64,000 nt of DNA from Candidatus Latescibacterota bacterium. GTDB taxonomy: Bacteria > Latescibacterota > UBA2968 > UBA8231. The stretch's first letter is position 1, and every line of letters starts with the position of its first letter. The stretch is taken from positions 2,208,001-2,272,000 of the forward strand of contig CBDFJF010000001.1 in assembly GCA_965248265.1 (NCBI GenBank), given 5' to 3'. Positions 19,036-27,460 of this stretch are shown in pieces. The notes under the pieces are model-generated. The model saw only the letters and a list, made by a program, of their open reading frames with translations. It ran no database searches and was not told the origin of the DNA. Position numbers and translations under genes: made by a program.

Positions 19036-19812
19036 ATGCTAATTAGTCTAAGATCGCTATGTACCAAACATGGTATTGAAAGCTTCGGAGTGCTTCATAT
19101 CGGTGCCCACAAGGCTGAGGAGCGAGACGAGTATAAGAAGTGCGGAGCATCCAAAGTTATTTGGATCGAAGCAGATCCTGATCTCGCGAATCAACTGAAG
19201 GCCAAGATTTGCGAGAGTGAATCAATCTTCGATGAGGAGAGAGTTTTCAACCACGCAATCTTCGATGTGAACGGCAAGACGATGGACTTCAACGTGACCA
19301 ATAATACCGAGGCTTCTTCGCTACTGGACCTGGGTACACACAGGAAATCGTATCCGGAAATAGTGGTTGATAGGACCGTCAGTGTGGTTGTGAGACGAAT
19401 TGATTCGCTCGATAAGGAATACCCGGATTTATTGGACTCTCTAGACTTCCTCAATTTGGACATACAAGGGGCGGAATTTCCAGCCCTGGTCGGATTTGGA
19501 GACTCCATAAAGCAGTTCAAATGGATCTACACCGAAGTAAACAGGAAGAATGTCTATTTAGGAAATGGCATGATCTGGGATATTGACAATCTGCTTTTGC
19601 AATATGGCTTTTTCCGGAAAGATACCGTCTTTACTTATCAGTACTGGGGCGATGCTTTCTATGAAAAGCGAACCGATTTAGCTGATGTTCGCCGTTTCAT
19701 ATACAAGGCGAGGATTCGTTTTCAGTACCTATGGTGGGCTATAGCAGATTTGCCAGTACCAAAACTCATGATCAGGGCCCTGAACAAGACCAAGCGCCTG
19801 ATCGTGAATTGA
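19036..19812 (+). CDS. FkbM family methyltransferase
   Basis: GVLHIGAH, SSLL, LNLDIQGAE, IYTEVN, WGDAFY; visibly more AT-rich than its flanks. Confidence 0.88.
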   Translation: MLISLRSLCTKHGIESFGVLHIGAHKAEERDEYKKCGASKVIWIEADPDLANQLKAKICESESIFDEERVFNHAIFDVNGKTMDFNVTNNTEASSLLDLGTHRKSYPEIVVDRTVSVVVRRIDSLDKEYPDLLDSLDFLNLDIQGAEFPALVGFGDSIKQFKWIYTEVNRKNVYLGNGMIWDIDNLLLQYGFFRKDTVFTYQYWGDAFYEKRTDLADVRRFIYKARIRFQYLWWAIADLPVPKLMIRALNKTKRLIVN

Positions 19813-19831
19813 AAATGGCGCCAGTGACCGT

Positions 19832-20764
19832 ATGCGACTAACCGTTGCGATATGTACTTGGAACCGGGCAAGCTTGCTTGATCGGACTCTGGCACGGATC
19901 GCGCAAGATGAGACGACTGGACTAGAATGGGAAGTACTGGTCGTCAACAACAACTGTACAGATGACACAGATGCTGTGATCGCACGACATCAGCGGCACC
20001 TGCCGGTGCGCCGGATACTGGAGCGCAGGCAGGGCCTCTCCAACGCCCGCAACGCTGCCGCGATGGCGGCGCGCGGAGATCTTATCGTATGGACTGACGA
20101 CGATGTCCTTGTCGGCGACGGCTGGTTGCGTGCGTACGAACGGGCCGCCCGCCTGTACAGTGAGAGTTCCTTCTTCGGGGGACCGATAGTCCCGGAGTTC
20201 GAAGGCGCGGCACCGAAGTGGCTCATGGCTGCTCTGCCACACGTAGGGGGTGTGTACGGTACGCTCGATCTGGGTGTGGAAACTCACGAGCTCACCCCTT
20301 CCGCCCTGCCCTTCGGTGGGAACTTCGCGGTTCGGACTGCAATTCAGCGATCGTACTTGTATGACCCGGATGTTGGCCGCATTGGGAAGGGCATGTTGAG
20401 CGGGGAAGAAACGACGGTCATGCTCCGGATGCTTGGCGACGGGTACAGTGGACAGTGGCTCCCCGACGCCACACTCCAACACTTCGTACCACGAGAGAGA
20501 CAGACCGCAAGACACATTCGGAGATACCACAGCGGCAGCGCGGAGACACAGGAGCGACGTCGGCCTTGCGGCAAGGGACCGTTGATTTTCGGGAGACCCA
20601 GGGGTCGCCTTTGCAGGCTCGTCATCGCAGAGTTGTGGTACCGCATCCGACGGCTGTCCTCACCTCCTGAGGTTTGGATCAAGGACCTGATCAGAGTAGG
20701 CTGCCTGGAGGGGGAGTGGCGTGGTTTGACGCCGCCGAGCGCAAGACCGTGCGCTGGGGCCTGA
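19832..20764 (+). CDS. GT2 family glycosyltransferase
   Basis: TVAICTWNR, NN..TD.T, GLSNARN, TDDD. Confidence 0.88.
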   Translation: MRLTVAICTWNRASLLDRTLARIAQDETTGLEWEVLVVNNNCTDDTDAVIARHQRHLPVRRILERRQGLSNARNAAAMAARGDLIVWTDDDVLVGDGWLRAYERAARLYSESSFFGGPIVPEFEGAAPKWLMAALPHVGGVYGTLDLGVETHELTPSALPFGGNFAVRTAIQRSYLYDPDVGRIGKGMLSGEETTVMLRMLGDGYSGQWLPDATLQHFVPRERQTARHIRRYHSGSAETQERRRPCGKGPLIFGRPRGRLCRLVIAELWYRIRRLSSPPEVWIKDLIRVGCLEGEWRGLTPPSARPCAGA

Positions 20765-20805
20765 TCGTTCGCTTACGCGCAGTGCATGGTCCTGGCCTCA
20801 GAGCG

Positions 20806-22062
20806 ATGTGCGGTGAGAGAATCAAGTCGTTTTTGCGTCATCTTCGCGTAGGGCTGCTAAAGTGCACGAGCCTGGGCAGGCGACTGGTCGATTGGAGGCT
20901 TCAACGCCGGATCCGCTCGGTACCTCTTGAGCGACTGTTGATGGGCCAAGAGGCAGGTATTCCAGCGGCAGTCTACTCGCGATACGTTGACGATCCGATG
21001 CGCCCTTCGACGCCAGTTGCGCATTCGCCCCATGTGAAATTGCTCGAACAGTACGTGGCAGACGGTGCGAATCTGTTCCAGCGGGACGTGTTTCACAAGA
21101 CCGACTACTATCGGTCTGCGTGCAAGACAATTGATATTGCCGGGAACTACTTCGAGGCTCGCTCAGAAGACCAGATAGTTGATGTCGCACGACGCTTTGT
21201 GGCTTGGTTCAGAGGTGTTGCGGGCACGGCAACAGGGACCCAACCAGGACGCTCAGCTCCCGGTTCTCCGGTAATCGTACAACCCGTGCGATTCTCAAAC
21301 TGCTACCAGGTTGTTGACGGCCACCACCGGTTGGCAATCCAGTGCGCACGGGGCGCATCCGAAGCAAGTGTACTCCCGGTACGTTCCGAGGTTTTGACAC
21401 CAATCCAGTCAACCGTTTTGGACGTAGTTTGGACGGCTGGGCGGCGCGAGCTGTATCAACCCATTGACGCCCCTGAGCTTCAAACCTGGCCGTTAGTAAG
21501 GCGTTGCTCAGATCGCCTGGAGAAAATGCGCGAGTTCCTTCGAGATGAGGGAATTCAGGCGAGCTCCGGCAGCAGCTATCTGGATGTCGGATCGAGCTAC
21601 GGCTGGTTCGTCAGCCAAATGCTGAGGCTCGGATTCGACGCCTGCGGGGTGGAGATGGACCCGGTCTCGGCTTCGATTGGTCCGATGGCGTACGGGTTAG
21701 ACCCTGCGAGAGTCCACGTCATGGATAGCATCAGCTTTCTCCGGTCGAATTCAAAGCAGTTCACCGTCACGTCGTGTTTCAGCGTCATTCATGTCTTTGC
21801 GACTGGGAAGAAGTCGATCTCAGCCGAGGAGTTCATTCGACTCGTCGACTTGAGCACTGAGAAAGCTATGTTCATCGACACGGGACAGAACCACGAGACT
21901 TGGTACCGCGAATCACTTGCCCAATGGGACGAGGACTTCATTCATGACTGGCTCTTAAGGAACACTTCCTTCCATCGCATCGAACGCCTGGGCGTTGACC
22001 AAGATGCGGTTCCTCCGTTTGAGGACTCCTACTCGCGAATGCTGTTTGCATGCACCAGATGA
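20806..22062 (+). CDS. ParB/Srx-like domain fused to a class I SAM methyltransferase
   Basis: P.IV.......YQVVDGHHRL motif, then YLDVGSSYGWF motif I; start uncertain. Confidence 0.7.
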   Translation: MCGERIKSFLRHLRVGLLKCTSLGRRLVDWRLQRRIRSVPLERLLMGQEAGIPAAVYSRYVDDPMRPSTPVAHSPHVKLLEQYVADGANLFQRDVFHKTDYYRSACKTIDIAGNYFEARSEDQIVDVARRFVAWFRGVAGTATGTQPGRSAPGSPVIVQPVRFSNCYQVVDGHHRLAIQCARGASEASVLPVRSEVLTPIQSTVLDVVWTAGRRELYQPIDAPELQTWPLVRRCSDRLEKMREFLRDEGIQASSGSSYLDVGSSYGWFVSQMLRLGFDACGVEMDPVSASIGPMAYGLDPARVHVMDSISFLRSNSKQFTVTSCFSVIHVFATGKKSISAEEFIRLVDLSTEKAMFIDTGQNHETWYRESLAQWDEDFIHDWLLRNTSFHRIERLGVDQDAVPPFEDSYSRMLFACTR

Positions 22063-22086
22063 CCAAGCGCCAGCGGCGGGGGCACC

Positions 22087-23058
22087 TCATTGGTGCTCGG
22101 TGGAGACCTTCCTCACTTGCTCCTCGATCCACGGATAGGTCTCGCCGATTCCGTCCCGCACAGTGTACTTCGCCGACCATCCCTGCGACATGATCTTGTC
22201 GACCTTGTGATACCTTGCCTGTACGCCGACCGGCCCTTCGACGTACTTGATGCCGATCTGCTTGCCGGCTACCTCGGCCACGGTATCCACCAGTTCCTGG
22301 ACTGTCGTCAGCTCGGTGCTGCCAATGTTGGTCGGTTCAGTAACATCTGATTGCATCAGTGTGTATATGCCAGTGCACATGTCTGCGACGTAGGTGTATA
22401 CTCGCAGCGCGCTCCCATCTCCCCACACCTCGATCTCGTCGCCATCGCTGGCCATCGCGACCTTCCGACACAGGGCGGCAGGTGCCTTCTCGCGCCCGCC
22501 TCGCCATGTGCCTTCCGGCCCGTAGCAATTCTGGAAACGGGCGATACGGACATCCAAACCTCGGTTTCGCGAAAACGCCAAAGCCACACGTTCTGCGTAC
22601 AGCTTCTCCCAGCCGTACTCATTGTCGGGCAGGGCCGGATACGCATCTTCCTCTGCGATGTACGATTCACCCTGCTGCTGGTCGCGATACACACAGGCTG
22701 ATGAAGAAAGGAAGTAGCGACCAACTCCTGCGTTGCAGGCTTCACTCACCATGTGAAGGTTGGCCAGCCCGCTGTTGATCATGATCTCGCATTCGGCCGA
22801 ATGGATGAAACCCATCCCTCCCATGTCGGCGGCGAGCTGGTAGACTTCGTCAAAATCGTCACGGCCATCAAACGCCACCGCCCGTTCGCAGTTACCGCGA
22901 TCCCGCAGGTCGAGCAGCTGGAAATCATCGGCACTCGACGCGGAGAACTCCGGCTCTTTCAGGTCTACGCCTCTGACCCAGTAGTCTCGAGCTTTCAGGA
23001 ACCGGACGAGATGATGGCCAATGAAGCCACCGGCGCCGCAGACAAGTGCCTTTTTCAT
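22087..23058 (-). CDS. NAD-dependent epimerase, GDP-mannose 3,5-epimerase-like
   Basis: GAGGFIG, LAADMGGMGFI, SSACVY, YGWEKL, GGREKAPAA.CRK. Confidence 0.88.
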   Translation of the reverse strand: MKKALVCGAGGFIGHHLVRFLKARDYWVRGVDLKEPEFSASSADDFQLLDLRDRGNCERAVAFDGRDDFDEVYQLAADMGGMGFIHSAECEIMINSGLANLHMVSEACNAGVGRYFLSSSACVYRDQQQGESYIAEEDAYPALPDNEYGWEKLYAERVALAFSRNRGLDVRIARFQNCYGPEGTWRGGREKAPAALCRKVAMASDGDEIEVWGDGSALRVYTYVADMCTGIYTLMQSDVTEPTNIGSTELTTVQELVDTVAEVAGKQIGIKYVEGPVGVQARYHKVDKIMSQGWSAKYTVRDGIGETYPWIEEQVRKVSTEHQ

Positions 23059-23284
23059 GAGTAAGACCTTTCGTGCGCTACCTCGAAAACGGTGGAGTGT
23101 GACCGGTGCTCTCAAACATGGCGGATTGAAGCGAAATCCCCAAAGCTTCAAGCGTGTCCCCACGTGGCATAGACAGCTCTACGGATTTCAGCATAGATTC
23201 TCTCCTTCCATGCCCGGCGTCCACCGTTGCGCCTTTCCAACACCTTAGTGGTAGCTCCCCATAGGGGTTGACGCTCCGACTCAC

Positions 23285-24757
23285 ATGACCACCTGCATAG
23301 TCGCCTTTCTAATCGCGTTTTTCGTGTCAATTGTCATTACTCGGTCGATTATCCGCGTTGCCGTCCGTCTCGACTTCGTGGATAAACCTGACTACGTACG
23401 AAAGTTTCACCAAAACGCCGTGCCGTGTGTAGGTGGCGTAGGCATCTTCATCGCGTTCTTTGTGCCCGTCGCAGCACTGTTCTTCTTCTACAAGAATTTC
23501 ATCTCCGAGCAGCTACTGCACCTTCCCATAGAACTTCTGGGTCTGACGGCAGGAGCGACCATCGGGTTGGGACTGGGATTTTTTGACGACGTCCGCGGCT
23601 TGCGCATGCGCTGGAAGCTTCTGCTTCAGGCTGTTGCAGCGACTGCGGCCTTCGCCACCGGTTATGCGATCGCTGAGATCAGTATACCGTTTGTTGGTGT
23701 GATTGAAGTAGGGGTCATCAGCTATCCTCTCACTCTGTTTTGGTTCTTGGGCTGTATGAACGCTCTGAATTTTCTTGACGGACTGGACGGGCTGGCAGCC
23801 GGTGTGAGTTTGCTGGTGTCGATTACGCTGTTTTTGGTCAGTCTCATTTTTGAAAACCGGGTCGGCATGGTGCTGTCGATCAGTCTGGCTGGAGCTATCC
23901 TGGGTTTCCTGCTCTACAATTTCCACCCTGCACGCATTTTCCTTGGTGACTCGGGCAGCATGCTCCTCGGATTCCTGATCGGGGCCCTGTCGATTCTGGC
24001 AGGTAGAAGCACCGAGAACACGACGACCGTCTCACTTTTCATTCCCCTTATCGCCCTCGGTTTGCCGATCCTGGATACTTGTCTCGTGATTGCCCGACGC
24101 TGGTTTCGCAGGGTTCCTATCGCCGAGGCTGACCGCCGTCACATCCACTACGCTCTGATCTCGATGGGCCTGAGTCACAAGCGCACGGTCCTCATTCTCT
24201 ACCTGGCCAGTGTTGTATTCGGTGTTTGCGCCCTGTTGATCACATTTGAGCGAGGCGAGGTGGTCATCCTGGTTCTTGGAGCAATGTGTATTATCGGCTT
24301 TGTTTGTGTGCGCGTGTTTGCTGGAGTGACGATGGCTGCTCTTTTCAGCAGAGGGTTTGACGCCGGTGCCAGATCCGCACTGGAGAGGGCGCTGCTGGAA
24401 ATGCACGTTGAAGACACCCCAGAGCGTGTCTGGCGTTGCTGTCACCCAGTGTTGGCAGCGGTCGGGTTAGACCGGGCCGAACTGCATCTGCTTGACGAGG
24501 TCTCAGCACAGATGACGATATTGCGATGGACCCGAACGGATGATGCCGAGCCAAGTGATCCTGTACCCGGCAGTGGCGATCATTGGTCCGCCAATCTCAC
24601 GATCTATTCGCCGACTTCCGACATCAAGGGAGAATTGGTCGTGGCCAAGACGTCGCGACTCGGACATCGGGCAAGCCTGGCTTCAGAAGTCCTCGACACG
24701 TTACGCCTGGCCCTAGGCGCAAACCTGGAACGCCTCAAAACACCCCCTGAGTCATAA
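23285..24757 (+). CDS. WecA/TagO-like polyprenyl-phosphate GlcNAc-1-P transferase (MraY-like family) with soluble C-terminal extension
   Basis: RK.H...VP..GG, G..DD, NFLDGLDGL, NFHPA.IFLGDSGS, D..HIH. Confidence 0.9.
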   Translation: MTTCIVAFLIAFFVSIVITRSIIRVAVRLDFVDKPDYVRKFHQNAVPCVGGVGIFIAFFVPVAALFFFYKNFISEQLLHLPIELLGLTAGATIGLGLGFFDDVRGLRMRWKLLLQAVAATAAFATGYAIAEISIPFVGVIEVGVISYPLTLFWFLGCMNALNFLDGLDGLAAGVSLLVSITLFLVSLIFENRVGMVLSISLAGAILGFLLYNFHPARIFLGDSGSMLLGFLIGALSILAGRSTENTTTVSLFIPLIALGLPILDTCLVIARRWFRRVPIAEADRRHIHYALISMGLSHKRTVLILYLASVVFGVCALLITFERGEVVILVLGAMCIIGFVCVRVFAGVTMAALFSRGFDAGARSALERALLEMHVEDTPERVWRCCHPVLAAVGLDRAELHLLDEVSAQMTILRWTRTDDAEPSDPVPGSGDHWSANLTIYSPTSDIKGELVVAKTSRLGHRASLASEVLDTLRLALGANLERLKTPPES

Positions 24758-24787
24758 CCCAAGCAAAGAGGAAGAAAGAGCATCGGA

Positions 24788-25963
24788 CTATCTCGAGAAA
24801 TCCCTTACGACTGTCCGCAGCTGATCCACGAACCGATCTGCCGAGAACAACTCCTTCCGGCTCAACACATACTCGCTGAGAGAAATTTGTAGTTCTGAAT
24901 CTGAAAGAACCCGGTCGATCCTGTGAACTGCCTGTTGCACATTTCCGTAAAGTAGCCGTTCATCTCCACCGACGATCTCTACGGGCCCCCCCTCGTCTGG
25001 CACGAACACGATGCACCCGGCCCGCTGCAGCTCCGCCACCACAATTCCGAAGTGCTCGCCTGCCATGCCGTGAATTCCATATCTGTTGTTTGCCATCAGG
25101 TCGACGAGTTCGCCGCGCGGCAAATCTATATGAATGTTCACCCAGGTTTGATGGCGTGCAGCCAGTTCAAAAACGGCACGTGTATAGGGTTTACTATCGG
25201 GGGTTCCGACCAGGTGAAAGTTAATATCGTGTCCTCGCTCACGCACCTGAGCGAGGATTTCAATCAGCTTGAGCTGATCCTTTTCTGGGGAAATACGGCC
25301 GACGCAGACGAAGCCATTGTCGCGCTCTATCCAGGGCACTTCGGGGAAGAACCCTGGAACTGGCGGATACAACGTCGTCGAATCAACACAGTACGCCTCG
25401 TGCATCTTGCCGGCGATGTAGTCAGAATTCACCAGCGACAGGTTTTTCCGCATGCCATCAACATCGAACCCACCGATAGCCAACTTGCACGTTGCCCTAT
25501 AGCCTTCCAGCAGTGCAGCGGGGGCGTGATACCAGCGTAGATCCACCTCGGGGCGCGGCAAGTAACCCCACGGGAAGTGAATGTACTGAATACCTCGCTG
25601 TCCGAAATCGACCTCGTTGGCGGTACTGATGACCGCATCGTAGTGGTGGGTCTTCAGGTGCGCTTTTGTGGCTCGGAAGAAGAGGCACATGTGCAGCAAG
25701 CTCAGTGGTGTGGGCGCCACATCCAACAGGGCATGTAGGCCAGTATTGGTGAGGTGTAGTCTGAAATCGGAAGGCTTCAATGACGTGCCGAAGAATCTGT
25801 TGACTGCGTTACAGTCGCATGGCTTCGTGGTCAACAGGGAGACATCGTAGCAACCCCGCAGGGCCTGCAATACCCACGAGGCGACCGCGTTGCTGCCTCC
25901 AGGCGGTTGCAGGGACGGCTGAGTGACAAGCACTTTTTTTCTGGTACGAGTGCTTTCACTCAT
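24788..25963 (-). CDS. GT4 glycosyltransferase, ALG11-like
   Basis: YIHFP, VNS, LYPP, RISPEK and EHFGIVVAE parallel ALG11 YVHYP, NS, YPP, RPEK, EHFGI.VVE. Confidence 0.7.
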   Translation of the reverse strand: MSESTRTRKKVLVTQPSLQPPGGSNAVASWVLQALRGCYDVSLLTTKPCDCNAVNRFFGTSLKPSDFRLHLTNTGLHALLDVAPTPLSLLHMCLFFRATKAHLKTHHYDAVISTANEVDFGQRGIQYIHFPWGYLPRPEVDLRWYHAPAALLEGYRATCKLAIGGFDVDGMRKNLSLVNSDYIAGKMHEAYCVDSTTLYPPVPGFFPEVPWIERDNGFVCVGRISPEKDQLKLIEILAQVRERGHDINFHLVGTPDSKPYTRAVFELAARHQTWVNIHIDLPRGELVDLMANNRYGIHGMAGEHFGIVVAELQRAGCIVFVPDEGGPVEIVGGDERLLYGNVQQAVHRIDRVLSDSELQISLSEYVLSRKELFSADRFVDQLRTVVRDFSR

Positions 25964-25965
25964 TG

Positions 25966-27288
25966 TCAATACCCCAGCAACCCTGCTCGTGCGTGTTTCC
26001 GCCAACTCTCATCCCAGCTTTGTTGCCGGCAACCGGCAACTCCGAGGCGCAACTCGTCCAGTAGCGGGGTGTCGGTTGGGAAGCCACTGAACAACTCGCG
26101 CAACTGCTCTTTCAATTCGGCCGGACCATCGAAAACCAGTCCGTTCACTCGATGTTGGACCTGCTCTGCCAGACACGGTCCGTAGTTCAAGGCGGACACG
26201 GGTAATCCGGCGCCAAACATGTCCATGATTTTCATCGGCAGGTCTACCTTGGACGACGACCGGTGGAGGCATAAGCCCAGATGCACAGCTCCAAGCAAGC
26301 GTTGGTACTCGCGGTACGGCAACCACAGCGTGCGCAGATGGACCCGTGACGGAGGCAGTCGCATGGCCTCACGTTCGAAAGCCATCTGCCCAGGACCCTT
26401 TCCCGTGATTAGAATCACGAAATCGGGCATCGCCTGGTCATATTCTTGTGCTGCTATTTCCAACAGTAACGAGACCTCTTCATCATAGGTCCAACTCGTT
26501 GGACAGACGATCCACACCGGTGGCCGTGGCGTTATCGGCAATTCGAGCTCCTGACGAAGCCGCCCGAGCAACTCGCGGGCCGGCTCTGGTGCGGTTGGCT
26601 CGAATCCCTGCGCGGGTCGATCATAGAGCAGAACAGGATCGGCAAACCCCCACCGCTGGGTCAGTTGAGCTTGCATCGCGGCTGAAACACACAGGTGATG
26701 ATCCGCCCTGCCGCCGCATGTTCGTTCCAACCATTGGTGGAGGAATACCAGCGGGCTTCGCCGTCCCAGCCGGAGGGCGACCATCGAATAACCGTAATTG
26801 TGCCAATCGATGACGTACCTGGCCGAGCGCAGACGCGCGACAACGAATGCTACCAGCAGAGTCGGTATTGATGGTGGATTCTGCACGAACACAGTATCGG
26901 GACTTCTGAGGCCGAACAGCAGGGCCCGCGTAAGTTGGATCGTATCCTGCAGTACTCTTACAACTGAGTGCATGACGAACAGCAGTCGGTTCCTACGCAT
27001 GAAGTCACTGGCCGAGGTCCGACGGAGCGCGTGGACCCTGATCATGGGATGATTCTCAACTGCATCAAACAAGTCGGTTTCCGCATAACCTACGAGGTCG
27101 ACCGCCGCCCCGGCATCGGCCAGAGATCGGGCGTGGTACTGCATTCGCGGGCTGCGGCCCAAGTCGCCCAGAACCACGATCGCCACCCGGTGTGCTGGAA
27201 CGGACTGTAGGTGATCCGGTATCAATTTCTGAGTCGTCAGTATCCCGAGTACCCTCACGCGAACCCCAGGCAGTTCCCGGGGACGCAA
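25966..27288 (-). CDS. ALG1-like (GT33) chitobiosyl-diphospho-lipid beta-1,4-mannosyltransferase
   Basis: VLGDLGRSPRMQYHA.SLA, QNPPSIPTL, IDWHNYGYS, LYDRP, TSWT.DE, ITGKGP, LG.CLH.SSS..DLPMK..DMFG; true start may be ~20-30 codons later. Confidence 0.88.
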   Translation of the reverse strand: MRPRELPGVRVRVLGILTTQKLIPDHLQSVPAHRVAIVVLGDLGRSPRMQYHARSLADAGAAVDLVGYAETDLFDAVENHPMIRVHALRRTSASDFMRRNRLLFVMHSVVRVLQDTIQLTRALLFGLRSPDTVFVQNPPSIPTLLVAFVVARLRSARYVIDWHNYGYSMVALRLGRRSPLVFLHQWLERTCGGRADHHLCVSAAMQAQLTQRWGFADPVLLYDRPAQGFEPTAPEPARELLGRLRQELELPITPRPPVWIVCPTSWTYDEEVSLLLEIAAQEYDQAMPDFVILITGKGPGQMAFEREAMRLPPSRVHLRTLWLPYREYQRLLGAVHLGLCLHRSSSKVDLPMKIMDMFGAGLPVSALNYGPCLAEQVQHRVNGLVFDGPAELKEQLRELFSGFPTDTPLLDELRLGVAGCRQQSWDESWRKHARAGLLGY

Positions 27289-27460
27289 GTGGTGACGTCA
27301 GGCCTGGAAGCAAGATACGTCCCCTCTGGTTCGGCGCCATATAGCCGCCGGCTGTTTCGATATAGACGTGGGCTCCGACGCCCGGCTGATTGTTTATTAT
27401 TGATGCACGGCTGCTTGACATGCAGAAGGTCGCCACCCGTTGCCAATCATTGGATGCCGC

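Larger units (their letters stand above)
7033..27425. mobile_element. Putative tRNA-Val-anchored glycosylation island (no integrase present)
   Basis: 15-bp direct repeat CTGCTTGACATGCAG at 7033-7047 (tRNA anticodon arm) and 27411-27425 brackets the whole glycan gene block; mixed orientations; more AT-rich segments. Confidence 0.5.

Noticed and set aside
20806-22062. Chromosome or plasmid partitioning parB
   Set aside because: No parA partner, no HTH or dimerisation region, and it is fused to a methyltransferase in a glycan locus.
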